Shown: positions 28,214 to 41,494 of the stretch, one piece after another
Numbering within the stretch: the stretch's first letter is position 1
Layout of the letters: each line of letters opens with the position of its first letter
Assembly (NCBI GenBank): GCA_000320545.1
Contig: ADNK01001725.1
Span: forward strand, 1-64,000
Length of the DNA: 64,000 nt
Reading direction: 5' to 3'
Origin: Bigelowiella natans CCMP2755
Taxonomy: Eukaryota > Protista > Cercozoa
Made by a program: the position numbers and the translations under genes
Notes under the pieces: generated by a model
What the model was told of the DNA's origin: nothing
The model's input: the letters and a program-made list of their open reading frames with translations, nothing else
Database searches by the model: none

Positions 28214-28707
28214 GCCGATGCCATCATCCTTGGATGCGAAAGGAGCGGCGGGGGGGGGAGGGAGAACAAGAGTTGTAAACGTCAAGGTATACTACTCGCC
28301 TACCCCCCCTCCCCTAACCCCTTCTCCCCAGTCGTCTCCACCATCCATCCATTCCATCAATCTACTATACGATGAGAGTTATTCTTGCCGCCATCGTCAT
28401 CATCATCATCATCATGATGATCCTTTTGTGTATCATTGTGTTTAATTGTGTTTAGATGGAAGGGACGCCTTCTTCGGCCTCTTCTTCGTCATATCACCAT
28501 CAGCAGCAAAACGGGGGCGCCAACAGGGTAGAGCTATAGGATGATAATGATGATAATGATGATGAGATGATGATGATGAATGCAGAATACATGGTAACAA
28601 GGAAAGAATGGGAGGGGAAGGAGGCATGTGTTCGGATATTATCGCCGCACTTTTCATCAGCTTTCTTCTTGCTGTTTCAGCGACTTATATTCGTGTTTGT
28701 GTGTATA

Positions 28708-28768
<61 letters not shown>

Positions 28769-28805
28769 CCTAAGAAAAAGAAGAGGGAAAACCGATACAC
28801 AATTA

Positions 28806-28845
<40 letters not shown>

Positions 28846-29401
28846 TTATTATCATTTTGCAGGGAAGAATCTGAAGCATTTTAATGCCTCCTTTTTATCG
28901 TTACTTTTTATTTATTACCCGATCGATTATCGTAACTCGTATCAACACATCTCCATCACTAAATCTCTCTCCTTACTACCACAACTACTGTCACAGGGTC
29001 CTCAAATTAGAGACAATTCTTCCCCATCGGAGAACATCAGACAAAAACTAGAAGGTGTCGTTGTGGACTCAGATAGCAACGAGGGCGACGCTACGGTTAG
29101 TTCTCATGTTTTGCGATTTAACAAAATGATGCTCATAATGCACAAAATCAAGTTGGAAATTTTGGCCAAAGCGTCAGAAATGGGGGACCAGGCCGGACAA
29201 CAAAACTAATTTTACGAATTATGTTTTTTGTTGCTACATACTATAGCAGTTTCGCCAAGGGGAGGGACTGTCGCCCATGTTTAATTAGCAGCATTGCAGT
29301 AGAGGTAGTGGACTTTCTTCGTCATTCGGCCTATTGAGGAGTTTGCATACATCGATGAAGAAGGTGCGCGCGATGCCAGTAAAGTACAAATAGACAATTA
29401 A
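23677..29401 (+). CDS. bHLH-leucine zipper transcription factor with long Q/A/S-rich regions, multi-exon (ends uncertain)
   Basis: Exon 27704-27913 encodes SPKTRKKMREKERRQILNSHYNTLLQLLKPRPNTRRMEKTSILEETITMMKALIRTNNMLQERNKEMENE: basic E-x-x-R-R, helix-loop-helix K-x-S-I-L-E, then a zipper. Exons at ~23900-24158, 24344-24550, 24758-25014, 25288-25401, 25725-25835, 26062-26744, 27010-27104, 27381-27518, 28104-28286, 28456-28527 and 28997-29095 join in phase. Confidence 0.8.
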
Positions 29402-29421
29402 CATTACACGTGCGCCATATG

Positions 29422-29455
<34 letters not shown>

Positions 29456-30319
29456 GTGTGTGTGTGTGTTGTGTATGACTAGCACAAATTACGTTACTAT
29501 AGAAAATACTTGCACACAATGAGAGTGTTGAAAGTCACTGTCTGCACCCTGATTGATGTGTGCATGCTTGCAAGTGTTTAGATATCTAAGCCTGCGCGCC
29601 CGCGCGGAAGTTACCCTAATAACACACAAAGCAAATCAAGAACGTAAGAAGGCTGTCTTAGCTGCATGTGTGTGGCACGCACAGCCTGTAGGGCTACATA
29701 CTAGCGCATGTTATGATTGCGCCTTCTGCGCCATGCATGTGCACCATGCACACCACGAACAGCACACCATGTACACGTGTGCGAGTGCGTGCGTGCGTGT
29801 ACGTGTGCAAATCTGTCTTCGCAATCTTTCATGCATTTCTAGACTTATTGCATGTGACACATATCTGGTTACATATCATTCGCAAGCTATATTTGTTGTG
29901 TTAAAATTTTTGTTTCTGGTGATAATGATCATTTTCATCAGCGTGAGACCCCATGATCTTGCCTAATTAGCCATCCTGCTGCTGACTACTGCCGCTGCAG
30001 CCTCAGTATCACAGCAAGATGACACAAAGCATGATTGACTGTTTTAAGATCTCAAGCTTCATCTACGAGAGTAGTCTTTCTTCGCCATTCTTTCTTTACC
30101 GCGTCTCTCATCGCCCTTCAAGGGCGTCTATCGTTGGCGCATCATGATGATGACGACAAGGTACTCTCATGGTCAAATACCTCGGAAAAGTCACCGAATA
30201 TCCTACCCGTCCGAACTACTACTACTGCTACTACTACTACTACGTCTGTGTTACATAATACAGAAAATTGTTTTATTTGTATCGGGCAATTGTAATAGTA
30301 ATACGGGCGGGAGCTAATG

Positions 30320-30499
30320 TCATCCTCCGCATGCTTTCTTCGTTTTCTTCTCCCTGTAGGGAATGGAGCACAATGGCGGGAAATCCACAACACTACAAAG
30401 GAACGAGCAGATCCGTTCCAAACCCTAGTAGCAGACCAAAATCAAATGTTGCTTTCGCGCAATATGCATGTTGCCCTGCCCAGAGGGCTATCAGTGTGT

Positions 30500-30540
<41 letters not shown>

Positions 30541-32580
30541 GCAGACTAGTCGCCGCCTGTGTTTTCAATTCCATGAGTCCGGATTCCATAACTCCATACC
30601 GCTATGTATCTCTATATTGTTGGCATATAGGTTTCTCCGTTAGTTACTACTACTACTACTACTACTACTACTAATACTAATCATTATGTTGGTGAGTGCC
30701 GGTCATCAACGACCTCCTTGTCACGTTGATCGAACCCCTGCACGACAGGGGAGTCTAAATCCATCACTCCAAACACTTCTCTCCCCTCATGCTGCTGGCC
30801 ATCTTCCTTAGATCTCAACAAGGGGACTACGATTTCTGAGCAATAGTGGCAAAAGTGGTTAGAAGTCAGTAGTTATTGTAGCAGCAGCAGCAGCAGCAAT
30901 CAATGGCAAAAATCTCATATGGGATTCATGAAACCTTCCAAGGAAAATAGCAGAGCAAGATTGTTACGCAGGTGTATCGAAGCATACCTGAATTAGAGGC
31001 CGAGTCGCATGCGATGTGGTTTTCGATGGCGTGTACGTCTTCCACAAGCTGGGCTGTCTTGGTTACAGCTACAGTAAAGAGAATGACGATGACAACGGTG
31101 ACGATGAAGATCAGAATGATCATGATTTGAAACAGAACTAATGGCAGCAACGTGAGAGTATAGCTGCAGTGGGCTACTCCAAGTAGCACCTGCAGTCCCA
31201 CAAACGCCCTTCCCGAATGCGATTGATACGACTGCCTGGCAACGAGCAACAAGGAAAACGTTCGGAGATCAAAATGAAGAAATCCGGAACCAAAAATCAA
31301 CGACGAGATTGCTCGCAACAGAGGAGCACGGCGCAAAGGAAAAAAGCAGATGCATTTGGAGCAAAGTCTTATTTCGACAAATGAGAACCAGAATGTTGAA
31401 TTAGTTGGCGATCATCATCACTGAAGATTCGTATTACTACCGGCTTGCCATGGAAAGGGCCTAAGATTAGCGTCCTCTCTCGATCTTCCCCCTGTCCTTT
31501 CTTTCCCTTGCCATTTGCAAATCAATATCAATCTTAAGTCAGTTTAGAAGGAAGCCACTCATCATAGAAAGCGTAGGAGCGGGACAAAATAGTGACTTTA
31601 CTCGTCGCAGACACACAGCGTAACCTGCACGAAGCAGGTGTAATCGGAATGAAAAGTAGTTGTATTTTATTATCGGATTACTCATTTAGTGCTTTACAAC
31701 GATCAAACCATCATCGTTATCAGTATCATCATCGCTAGCAGCATTGATGCTATAATCGTTCTACGCCAGTAAGACCTCATTTTTATCATCAGAGCCCGCC
31801 GCTGTTGTTTGACGCTGAATGTAAAACCCAACCCAATTCGGTCCGCTACCACCACGTTGTTCGTGAAAACTCTGAAACACGGATGGATGATCCTCAATAA
31901 GAGATACCAGATTTAAACGAATCCAGTGTCTTCGACGATTGAGGTTGCATTTTGTCCGAATTCAGCATTTTTGCGAGAGCGATATTTGCATGCATAGAAG
32001 TACGTATCACGGTCCATGGCATAATCTCAACACCAACCGCAAGCGATTGTTATATAAGATTAATGTGGGGCAAAGGTTATTATTAGACAGCACACAACAG
32101 CATCAAGCTAATAACTGGCAACAACCTTCAATTCGTGGTACACGAGGGCCGCAGTGTTAGCTAGGATCGAAACGGGATCGTCAGATTTGCTCACGAATTC
32201 CTGTTGAGTTTCGAAGTGTCATGTGACGGATCATCATTCAACACTAAACTTTCCCCATTTCCCCTCATTTCTTATACCTCGACGCGCTTGTAAAGCTGAT
32301 CGTACAGAAGCTGCTTGTCTCGAGCGAGATCCTTCTTCTCACTTTGGCGCCTCCGTCGAACAAGCAACCATCCACAAACTGCAGCTCCAATAACACTTGC
32401 AACCCCGCCGACGATCGAGAAGGAATAGGAAGACGGCAAAAAATCGCTGAGGGAAAAACACAGTAGAATCAAAATGCGTCGACTCTTGTGAACTATGCCG
32501 TTAACCCCACCCCCTTCTCATGTACATTCGTTCACAATAGATTCATTTGTGTAGGACCTTTTGCGTCGCCCTCCAGTCAT
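30320..32580 (-). CDS. msrC: Free methionine-R-sulfoxide reductase (fRMsr)-like GAF-domain protein with an N-terminal hydrophobic anchor
   Basis: Spliced: ...SILANTAALVYHELK|SF...PNWVGFY...|...LILGPFHGKP|AVVSIAFGKGVCGTA|AVTKTAQLVEDVHAIENHIACDSASNS|EIVVPL...GVMDLDSPVVQGFDQRDKE|GLERICSFL. These are the fRMsr motifs NWVGFY, LGPF, GKGVCG, HIACD, SEIVVP and GVLDIDS. Termini less certain. Confidence 0.88.
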
Positions 32581-32650
32581 GGATAACACCGCAACAAGCT
32601 GAAGGTCAAACACGCAGGCAGTGGCTCGGGATGGTTCGATTCGACGTTGG

Positions 32651-34134
32651 ATGGGAAATCCTGGGCCATTTAAGACATGCGACACGCCCAAGATGATGAC
32701 GCAGTATAAGGTTCAAAATAAAAGGAGAAATATAGGAGTCGAGAACTACCTCTGTAAGTCTTTCTCCTATGAAATTGATGACGCACTTAAAAATCGGGAT
32801 CCTTTTTTACACAAATAAACTTACAAAAAAATTGCGGCTCTCAACACACGTGCTTCAAACCTCAACGTTGGTTGTGGTACTTCATCTCGCGTCGTGGACT
32901 TAATGAATGCTCTTGGGCAGCTGGGGCGGGATTTATTGTGGAACTGGTAGTGATACAAACAATTTCTGACATTAACGTTAGTGGGGTTAAGGCGAGAAAC
33001 CTCGGGATAAAGCAGCCGCTTTCTTTTTCCGGAATTCAACGGCGAGGATGAATAATGGAAGAAGCAGATAAGATTATTCTTGGGGATGGGAACATATCAC
33101 ATATTAAAATGTTTTATATTTTGTGATCCATACCTGTGTGCCTATCCTTCAGAATACTTCATCAAATGACAACAGAGAAAAAGGCAGCGGAGTTGTATAA
33201 AAAGCTCGAAGATGAAGCGACTTTAGCTGCGTTAAGGGCACCAGCCCCCAAAACTTGGAGGGGTTATATGGAAATAGAAAATGGAACTAAGTTACAAGTC
33301 GGAGGGTCTCTCGTGGGAGCTCACCCGTGGAGGTTTAGTGACAACATCTTTAACTTTCATTACTTCTCACATTCTGCGTGTGGATTGTCGAATTGTGCTC
33401 TGCGGTAGGCCATGCCATATTCTCCGTATTTCAACGGCTTTCAAAGTAAGGGTTCTTCGTCCGAACGTTCAAGAAAATGTTTTGAAATTTCTGAAGAATA
33501 AAACTGAGGATTGTCCGGAAAGGTATTCCGCTTTTCCCGCCGTAAAACGTGTTGGCCACAAACCACCGCTGAGGATTTAAACCAAATGTTTGTTCGAACT
33601 AGACACACGACCGTAATATTTCGACTCCGAGTAAGTGAACAAGACAAGCCACACATGAATTCAGAGTTAGGAGATGGGTTGTGCAACGTGATGCAGTTCG
33701 AAGACAATTTTGGCCTTTTCCCAGGTAGTTTCTACTTTAAATGTTTTTGATCATGCGATTCCATGATTTTGCGAACAGGTATGATGAAATCTTGGGTCAT
33801 GGGGACTCGAAACGAGAAAGAAGCGAAAATGGCATCTAAGCTAATCAAGCATCCCATGGAAAGGCCTGTGAGAAAGAACGATGTTCTGTTGTTCTGCTTG
33901 TTTCTGCTACCAAAAGATTTTAATGACCCTGCCTTTAACCGCCCACGTGTGAAATCACCGAAAACAATCAAAGAGGTAGAAGATGCAGTTTTGCATTTGC
34001 AGAAAATGCTGCTACCCTTCAAGACGTTGGAACCCCCCAAAAAACGGAAAGATCCTCCACTTTCTGTTTTTCCACCGAGGAAGCGGAGTTCTGTTGAAGA
34101 GGGATCAACATCCCAACGATCTCTTGCGCAATAA
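32651..34134 (+). CDS. Hypothetical protein, multi-exon
   Basis: Protein-like segments of ORFs 33136, 33281, 33511 and 33763 flanked by GT/AG sites; stop at 34134. Start uncertain and no family recognised. Confidence 0.55.
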
Positions 34135-34139
34135 TGAAA

Positions 34140-35613
34140 TAGTGCCATCACAATTATCACACTTTCTCATGGGACCCTGGTTGTGCAGTCATGGACAAAC
34201 ACAGAAACAATCTAAATTTTCAATTCGCGTTTGTGCTGATCAACGCGTTGGAAAATGTTTGTTCGCCAGAATTCGTGTTTGTGTTGCATTTGGCTTCATG
34301 CACGGCTTCGCCATGTTCCTGTGCAACGATCCACCAATTTCTGTGAGCATGGATTCAATCAGTGATGGAGGTGGACGGTGCTGCAGAGGCGCACTAATTG
34401 TGTAACTGTAACAACACCTTGTTCCTATCATATTTCTCCATTTCTGCTGGTCCATGCGCAATGTCCCTGCTACATGCATTAGAGCATGCTAGCATCGCAT
34501 GCTACCTGCCTGTGCACAAAGAAATGACAATGGACAGGACATAGTTCACATTGCACTGCTAGACTGTGCTAGTGTGTGCACACTGCATGCGCATTGTGCG
34601 CAGTGCGCACCGTGTTTGGAGTGATGTGAAGAGACATGTTGTTGCCACGTGATGCTGACTTGTCTGGTCGTGTCTCCACGGAGCAACTGGTGCGTGCTGG
34701 CGTGGCCGGACTGCAGTGTGGGCCATTTACACCTGCCAATCACGCACTGCGCAGGTGCCTGCACGGACACTCCAGCGTGGCAACGCAATTGAATCGCACG
34801 TTTTCACGTCTAGCACTGCCAGATCGACTGACCACTGCATGCCTGCTAGCTGCAACCCAATTGTGACAAAGAAACCGCGAGTCCACCAGTCCAACTAGCA
34901 CATCGAGCACTCCTGGCTAGCTGGACTCGATCAGAAGCGCGCACGTTGTTGATGAATCACTTTTTGCTGCACCACGCTAGCACGTCTGAACGTGAGGATC
35001 GGATGGACTCACGTGATCACTTCTTTGTTTTTGGGTTCAAGTGCACAGCCATGACTGAGCTGTGGCGCCATGGTGTCGGCCGTCTGGGCGTGAATGAACC
35101 ACACGCAAACCGCACGACGTGCGCACAGTCTTGACACCTAGACACGTGTGACATGCACGCTGCGTGCGAACAAACGAACGAACGAACGAAGGAACAAATC
35201 AGGGCAATTCCAATGCTTGAATCGAAGCAATCATCAAAGTGCCTGAGTTGGCACATCTCCCCCTGGGCTTTCACCAAACTCCACTAGTCCACGTTCCACG
35301 TGCTGCACGCATGCAACGGTTTTTTTGCAGCTTTTCTTCTTTCTTTTTTCGCCGCCCATTTTTTGCAACACCTCTTTTGGCACAGTGGGGCGAATCTGCA
35401 CGCCTCCGGAATGACAAGGCAAAGGGAGAGGAGCAAAAGAGTGATGAGTGAGTGAGTGATCATCGGGCACTGATTCAAGCAACCAAAGCATTGAAAATCG
35501 GACTGACTTCAGAAACAGAAGAATGAACAATGAACAATGATTTCCAAAATGTTGCAAGACACTTGCAGTGCACGAAACGCAGGGGTGTGCCTCGAACCAA
35601 CTTCAGTGAGGTC
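34140..35613. other. TpA-depleted domain
   Basis: Manual count for 34545-35613: 10 TA, 9 in CTAG. Confidence 0.92.
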
Positions 35614-35833
35614 TAACTAGTGAAACCAGAAGGAATCAAGAATGGCATCAAATTCCTTTCCTGCGTTGGTTGAAAACTCCGTTGGCGAATGTTCCTCAAT
35701 GGAGAATTTGTGAGATTAGAAGGTCATTTTCAATGGACGACAAAGGAATTAGAAGTTATTAATTAGCTAAAATCCGAAGCTAAATTATTGCTTCAGACGA
35801 CGTCGAAGTCCCCCCCCCCCGTAACTTCCTGCA

Positions 35834-36623
35834 ATGGCAAAACAATCAATGCTGGATAGCAAAGACTTCAGCCTAAGCTGGCTCGATAATGACAAAGAGG
35901 TCAGTGATGTGAGGTGTGCTGTAAGCCTCGATTGATGATTTGTTGTGCTTATCATCGATGCTATCCTCCCATTCTTCAGGAAAAGGTTGTGAAATGGGCT
36001 CTCAATCTGGAATACGGAGACATCCCACCTGAGGTATTTTCAATTGCCCCAATGAGAAAAAGGGAGACGGAAGCAAATATTGTTCCTGTGGTTGGTTGGT
36101 AGGTTCTCAACGAGACAAAGCGGGCTGTTTTGGATACGATCGGTACCGCACTTGGTGCCCAGAAACTCGAGATAACAAAGGTAATAAGCAGTTATCGCTC
36201 TAGAAGACAATCATAGACTTTACGTGAAACCACATTAAGTTCGTTAACCTTAGCTTCAGGCATACTTTCTTGCCTGGTATGCGTATGACATTCTGTTCGT
36301 TTGTTAGATTGTAAACAAATTCATCCGGGCTTCATTTCCCGGATCTCAAGCTAAAACGTGGTTTTCTGGTCACCCGACTAGCGCTCTTGGAGCAGCTCTC
36401 GCAAATGGACTCATCACTGATGGCTTAGATATGCACGATACTGGACATTATACCAAAGGTCGTACGTATTGTGCGTGTCACTGTGTGTGTACGCATGATA
36501 TTGTGGTTGTTTTTTGTCCACTCTTCTTTTCCCTTAACTATTCCTCCGACTCCAAATATACACTTCAGGCCATGCTGGAGCTGCAATTATCCCGTCAGGA
36601 GAGTTTTATATGAGCGAGCGAGA

Positions 36624-36663
<40 letters not shown>

Positions 36664-37597
36664 GAGAGCGGGGGGGCATGAGGGGGAGGGGGGGATTAGA
36701 AAATTTTCATGAAAATTTTATATGCAATTTTGCATTCACAACGTGAATTTATGGCTGCATAGATGTGCGTTTGCGTGTTTGGGCTTGGTGAACGGTGGCA
36801 AAGTTTCCGGCAAGGATTTCCTCACTTCCCTGGTCACTCGTAGTAGTAGTAATAGTAGTAGTAGTAGTAGTCCCCTCTTCATCCGTTGAGCGTCATCATC
36901 GCTATCACTATCCTCTTGCTGGTTGAATGAGACTTGATTTTGGGTTATTACGCTATACCAGGTTGCTGCTTACGAAGTGGGGTATCGATGTGGGCATGCT
37001 ATGCACGAGTCTCAATCTGATTTCCATTCCAGGTAGTAGCCAGAATGCGGTGTCCATCAGGCAGATAGTGGCCCAGTTTATTAGTGATGGATGGTGATAG
37101 TGGCGTCATGTCATTGCACATACATATCGTGGGACATCAACGTTGCTGCGATCATCGTTGTGGATATATACAACATGCGTTCCTTGCTGCTACAAGCATC
37201 GTTGTAGGAACGACATCATCCTCCCCCCCCCCCCCCTCCAATCTACCTTCATCGCTTGGATCTTTGGGGACTAAAGAAAAAACCTTTGGATGAATATTGC
37301 TCTATCTCTTTCCAAGCAACCCTCCCTCATCTTCCTCCTCCTCTTCCTCTTGCATCGTCATCACCCTACTCAAATACACCGGAACAATGATACCTTCCCC
37401 CCCTTCTATTCTAAGGACTTGGAGGCTGACCAAATTCCACGTGTACAAGAAGTTTGCTGTGTGCTACTGGGCACAACCTTCGATTGGTATGAAGTAGGGA
37501 GCAGGGGCAGGGAAAGAGGCGGATGATCTAGAAGGCAGAAGTAGACGAGAGAAGAAGGAGAGGAGGAAACATAAAATACACACACACACACACATAC

Positions 37598-37628
<31 letters not shown>

Positions 37629-37985
37629 TTATATGTATACATGTGTCTGTGTGTGTGTGTGTGCGTAAACTTAACTTCGGGAAATCGATACTATCTTTCA
37701 TTCATCTGCTCTCTGCTGCTGATACTGATGCTGCTGTGATGTTCTATTTGTCATCATCATCTTCTTCTTCTTCTTCACCTTCTTCTTCTTCTTCACCTTC
37801 TTCTTCTTATACTATCAGCTGGCACGATCAGCGTGATGAAAAAGAACAAAATCAAGCCAGAGGTTGCACTTACTTACTCCTGCTCGTGCAATGCGTTGTA
37901 ACGTAGGAACGCTGTTCCGCATAAAAGTAGATTGGCTGATGTCGCGGAAGTATTAGCATCTCGTACCATATCATCATCCTCATCC

Positions 37986-38021
<36 letters not shown>

Positions 38022-39096
38022 GGATGTGGAGTCCATCGTCTGCCACACGTTCAAAGAGGTATGATGATGATGCTCGAATGGATGCTTTCCTAGACGCTGC
38101 TCCCCTGACTCCTTCCCCCCGTGCCGATAACCGAGCTACGTGCACATTAGCCAACAACTACGCATACACGTACACACTCGCAGATGAGCAAATAGCCAAA
38201 TAATAAATACAAACAGGCCACTGGCCTTCAGCAAAATATCCCTACCAACACCGAGGAGGTAGATGGCTTGACTAATGCATGTATTCGCAAAAAGAGAAGC
38301 GATAGCAACTCGTGGATGTAGGGGACTTTCGTGAGAATACAAGCCAAGAGCACACATCTTTATAGCATCGTTGTTGTTTACCTAGCACGGATTTGTTATT
38401 TGTTGTTTGCTAACTTACTGCTCCTGTACCAGGCGCAATACTGCATTCTTTACCCCATTGCAGCTGCTGCTTATTCTGGGAAGCTGGGGCCAAACGAGGT
38501 GCTTGTTCGTCACGCTCAGCTTTCAATCTTCAGATTTTCAACACGAAATCTCCCCCTTTTCCCAAACGGTTATTCTTGTGCGAGGACGTATTTCAATCGT
38601 AAATGAGTTTATGCGTGGTTCTGTTGGCAGCAAATTTCAGGCAGCAGCAGCAACAACAACAATAATAACAACAACAGTAGCAGTAATAGCAGCACTACTT
38701 ACGCAATACGGTTACTTCAGGTGAATGGCAGCGCCCTTCAAGATGAGAAAATTCTCGCGCTGGCAAAGAAGGTTGTACTTTGCATCATCCTCTCATTAGC
38801 TATTCCACCACCATCATCATCATCACTACGTTTTGATGATAAGACTTTCATAGCTACTGCTTACTGAATCGTCATCGTCCTTCATCAGGTGAAAATCCTT
38901 GTAGATGAGAATTTGACCTCAGAAGCTGGAGACCCTGAGTTGAAGGTAGCTAACACCACGCGAAATGAATAAAACGACAATCCCTGATGCGGGTTGTTGT
39001 GAATATTCTGGTAATAATCTAGGGAAAGGACACGGCTTCCATGACTGCGAACATAGCATGGGTTGAGGTATGCATTATTATTCGGTGCACAGCAGC

Positions 39097-39132
<36 letters not shown>

Positions 39133-39227
39133 ATTGTTGTTGACAATGCGGTTATTCGAATCGATGGTGGTAGTGATGGCAGCTGCGTGGACTACAAGGG
39201 CAACGCCGCACCAACGATTACCTGTAC

Positions 39228-39259
<32 letters not shown>

Positions 39260-39607
39260 ATGATACGTGCAGGTGACAACAAAAGACGGTAAAACGTACA
39301 AAGGTGATAAGGCCAGAGTTCCATGGGATAGGCTTGCAGGAGAACCAGCTCCAGGTCTTTGCACAACTGACCACTCGTCGAGCTCGTGCTTTCTACACAG
39401 ATGCGCTCACTAATACCCATGAGCATTCTGCTAGTATCGCCCATGCTGATGACCTTGTTTGTTGACGTAGGGGATGACGAAATTACTGGGAAATTCATGT
39501 CGCTGGGGAGCGACGTCGGGGTGGAAGAGAAGCTACTTAAGAGTGTTGTCTCTAAGTGCCTGAAAATGGAAAATGAATCGGATGTTATGGTGGGTGATGC
39601 GCTTTGA
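35834..39607 (+). CDS. MmgE/PrpD family protein (2-methylcitrate dehydratase / cis-aconitate decarboxylase / IDS epimerase fold), multi-exon; a further exon to ~39898 is possible
   Basis: KWALNLEYGDIPPE|VLNETKRAVLDTIGTALG...AALANGLITDGLDMHDTGHYTKG|HAGAAIIP...VSGKDFLTSL|VAAYEVGYR matches the PrpD N-terminal motifs (D-x-x-D...H; G-x-D-x-L...A-Y-E). C-terminal segment DDEITGKF. Confidence 0.85.
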
Positions 39608-39839
39608 AGAATTGATTGTATTGTGTCTATGATTGGAATGCAAAACATACACACAAGCAGGCACGCACTCACATATAGATACCCACACATGCATCAAATA
39701 ATCGAAGAATGTCCCTTCAATCTGCCTTCCTATAGTTTTTAGTACACTATATAGCAGGGCCGTTGTTGTACCTTACACCACCACTCTACTGTGACAAGCC
39801 TATAAGTATTTTATACGTGGTCAGACTATTGAAGCAGCT

Positions 39840-41400
39840 TTAATGCCAGCATCGAGGCAAGAACATGGTCAATGTGCATCATCATGTAAAACTAGTTAGT
39901 CATCTTCACTATTTGGTGTTGAAACCTATGCACAAACTCCCAAGAGCTCAACGCGGAATCGATAAGAATTGATTGTACGGGGAGTGGCCACCCCGCACAG
40001 TTGTTGCATTTCTATGAACCTTGCGAGCCCAGAATCTACATATTTGCAGGGTTTTCTTGAGTTTGATTGACCTTGGAACACTTCATCCATTAATATTCAT
40101 TCATTGTTGTCATGCAACTGTTCATTTACGCTATCATGAAGCTGCATGGACAGCTCTGACGGTGGGCATTAAATCTAACAATGTGTGCATGCACTCATCA
40201 AGCAACAGAGGCCATGCATTTGAATGTTTCAGGATATACGTGTGTATGATGTATGTAGTGCATACTGTGTCTACAGTCAGCGCCACTGTTCCATCATGTC
40301 TAAACGCACATCACCGCGTCACATGACGCATGAGTGCATGCACGGAAACGCAGCGAACACATGCATCGCATGCATGTCACATTGACAATGCTGGTTTATG
40401 TCTAGACATGCAATGGACACCATGCACATCGTGTTGCGAGTCCATTGTACATGCCTAGATGCATGTGTGCGGAAACGCTGCGAACATGCCAGCATGCATG
40501 CAATGTGCAATGCTGGCATGTGCAAACTGTGCAAACGCATCGCAATGAGATTTGCACATGGATGGCGATGATGAATCAACAAATTGATTCCATGGCTAGA
40601 TGGAGCGATTTGAAGGTTCATTGCTAAATTGGACACACACGCTGACTCACCTGCTGTGTCCTCGAATCAGCCACAATGGACATTGCATGCACTGTGTCCA
40701 TGGCAGCTGAGTCGTGAAGCGCTTGAGCGCAAAGCAACCCTGAAACATTGAAACGTTGATGAATCATGTTGATCACAATTTGACACCCAAAACGATCGAT
40801 GCGCAGACAACACGCTGCGCTCCTGACGTGAAGACGGGCTCATGCAACAAGCAAAAGGTGCTGAACCACTGAAGTCACTCCAAGCTGCCAAGCTGTGAAG
40901 AGGGATTCGCCTGAGCAAGCAAGTGAACGAGTGAAAAAATTGGTTCCAATGCTGACATTCGAAAGGATGTTGCAAGGCTAGAAGGATGCGATCGCAGACG
41001 TGCTGACTCATCCACATCCTTCCCAAACAAGAGCAACCAAAGAAAGAGAGAGGTGCTCGTTTCGTGGTGGTCAAATTGTTTCAACCACCACGTTTCACAT
41101 CCGTTGGCCACTTGTGGAGACAGATGAACATTCTGTGTTCACTGGCACAGAGAAGGTTCCCAAATGCTTGTGCGCTCTGTTCCTGTTGTCTTTTCCGGTC
41201 AATGCGACTGAAACATTTTTTTGTCGTTCACACCAGAAACAATGAAACAATGAAACAATGAAACAATGAAACAGAGATGAAAAACTACATTTCCAAAGTG
41301 TTGCAAGACACCAGAACAAATCTCGTTTTCAAAAGATGATCGGAAACACGAAAACGCACAAACACTTGCAATTCGGCACTCACTTTTTGGAGTTGAAAGC
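39840..41400. other. TpA-depleted domain
   Basis: 40627-41285 contains a single TA, in CTAG at 40978. Depletion is partial from 39840 to 40626. Confidence 0.92.
41236..41272 (+). repeat. (GAAACAAT)4.6 minisatellite
   Basis: Seen directly. Confidence 0.9.
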
Positions 41401-41494
41401 GTTGTCGTTAGGAATGAATTCTCAACTGCCGTTAGTATCTGGGCGCAGATGAAGCACGCATTCCTCAAAGCTTTGTACTGGGTTTGAGCATTCC

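Noticed and set aside
34140-35613. TA-poor domains as identifiable transposons
   Set aside because: I could not see transposase/RT motifs, terminal inverted repeats or TSDs, and the domains share little sequence. A TE origin is possible but unsupported.
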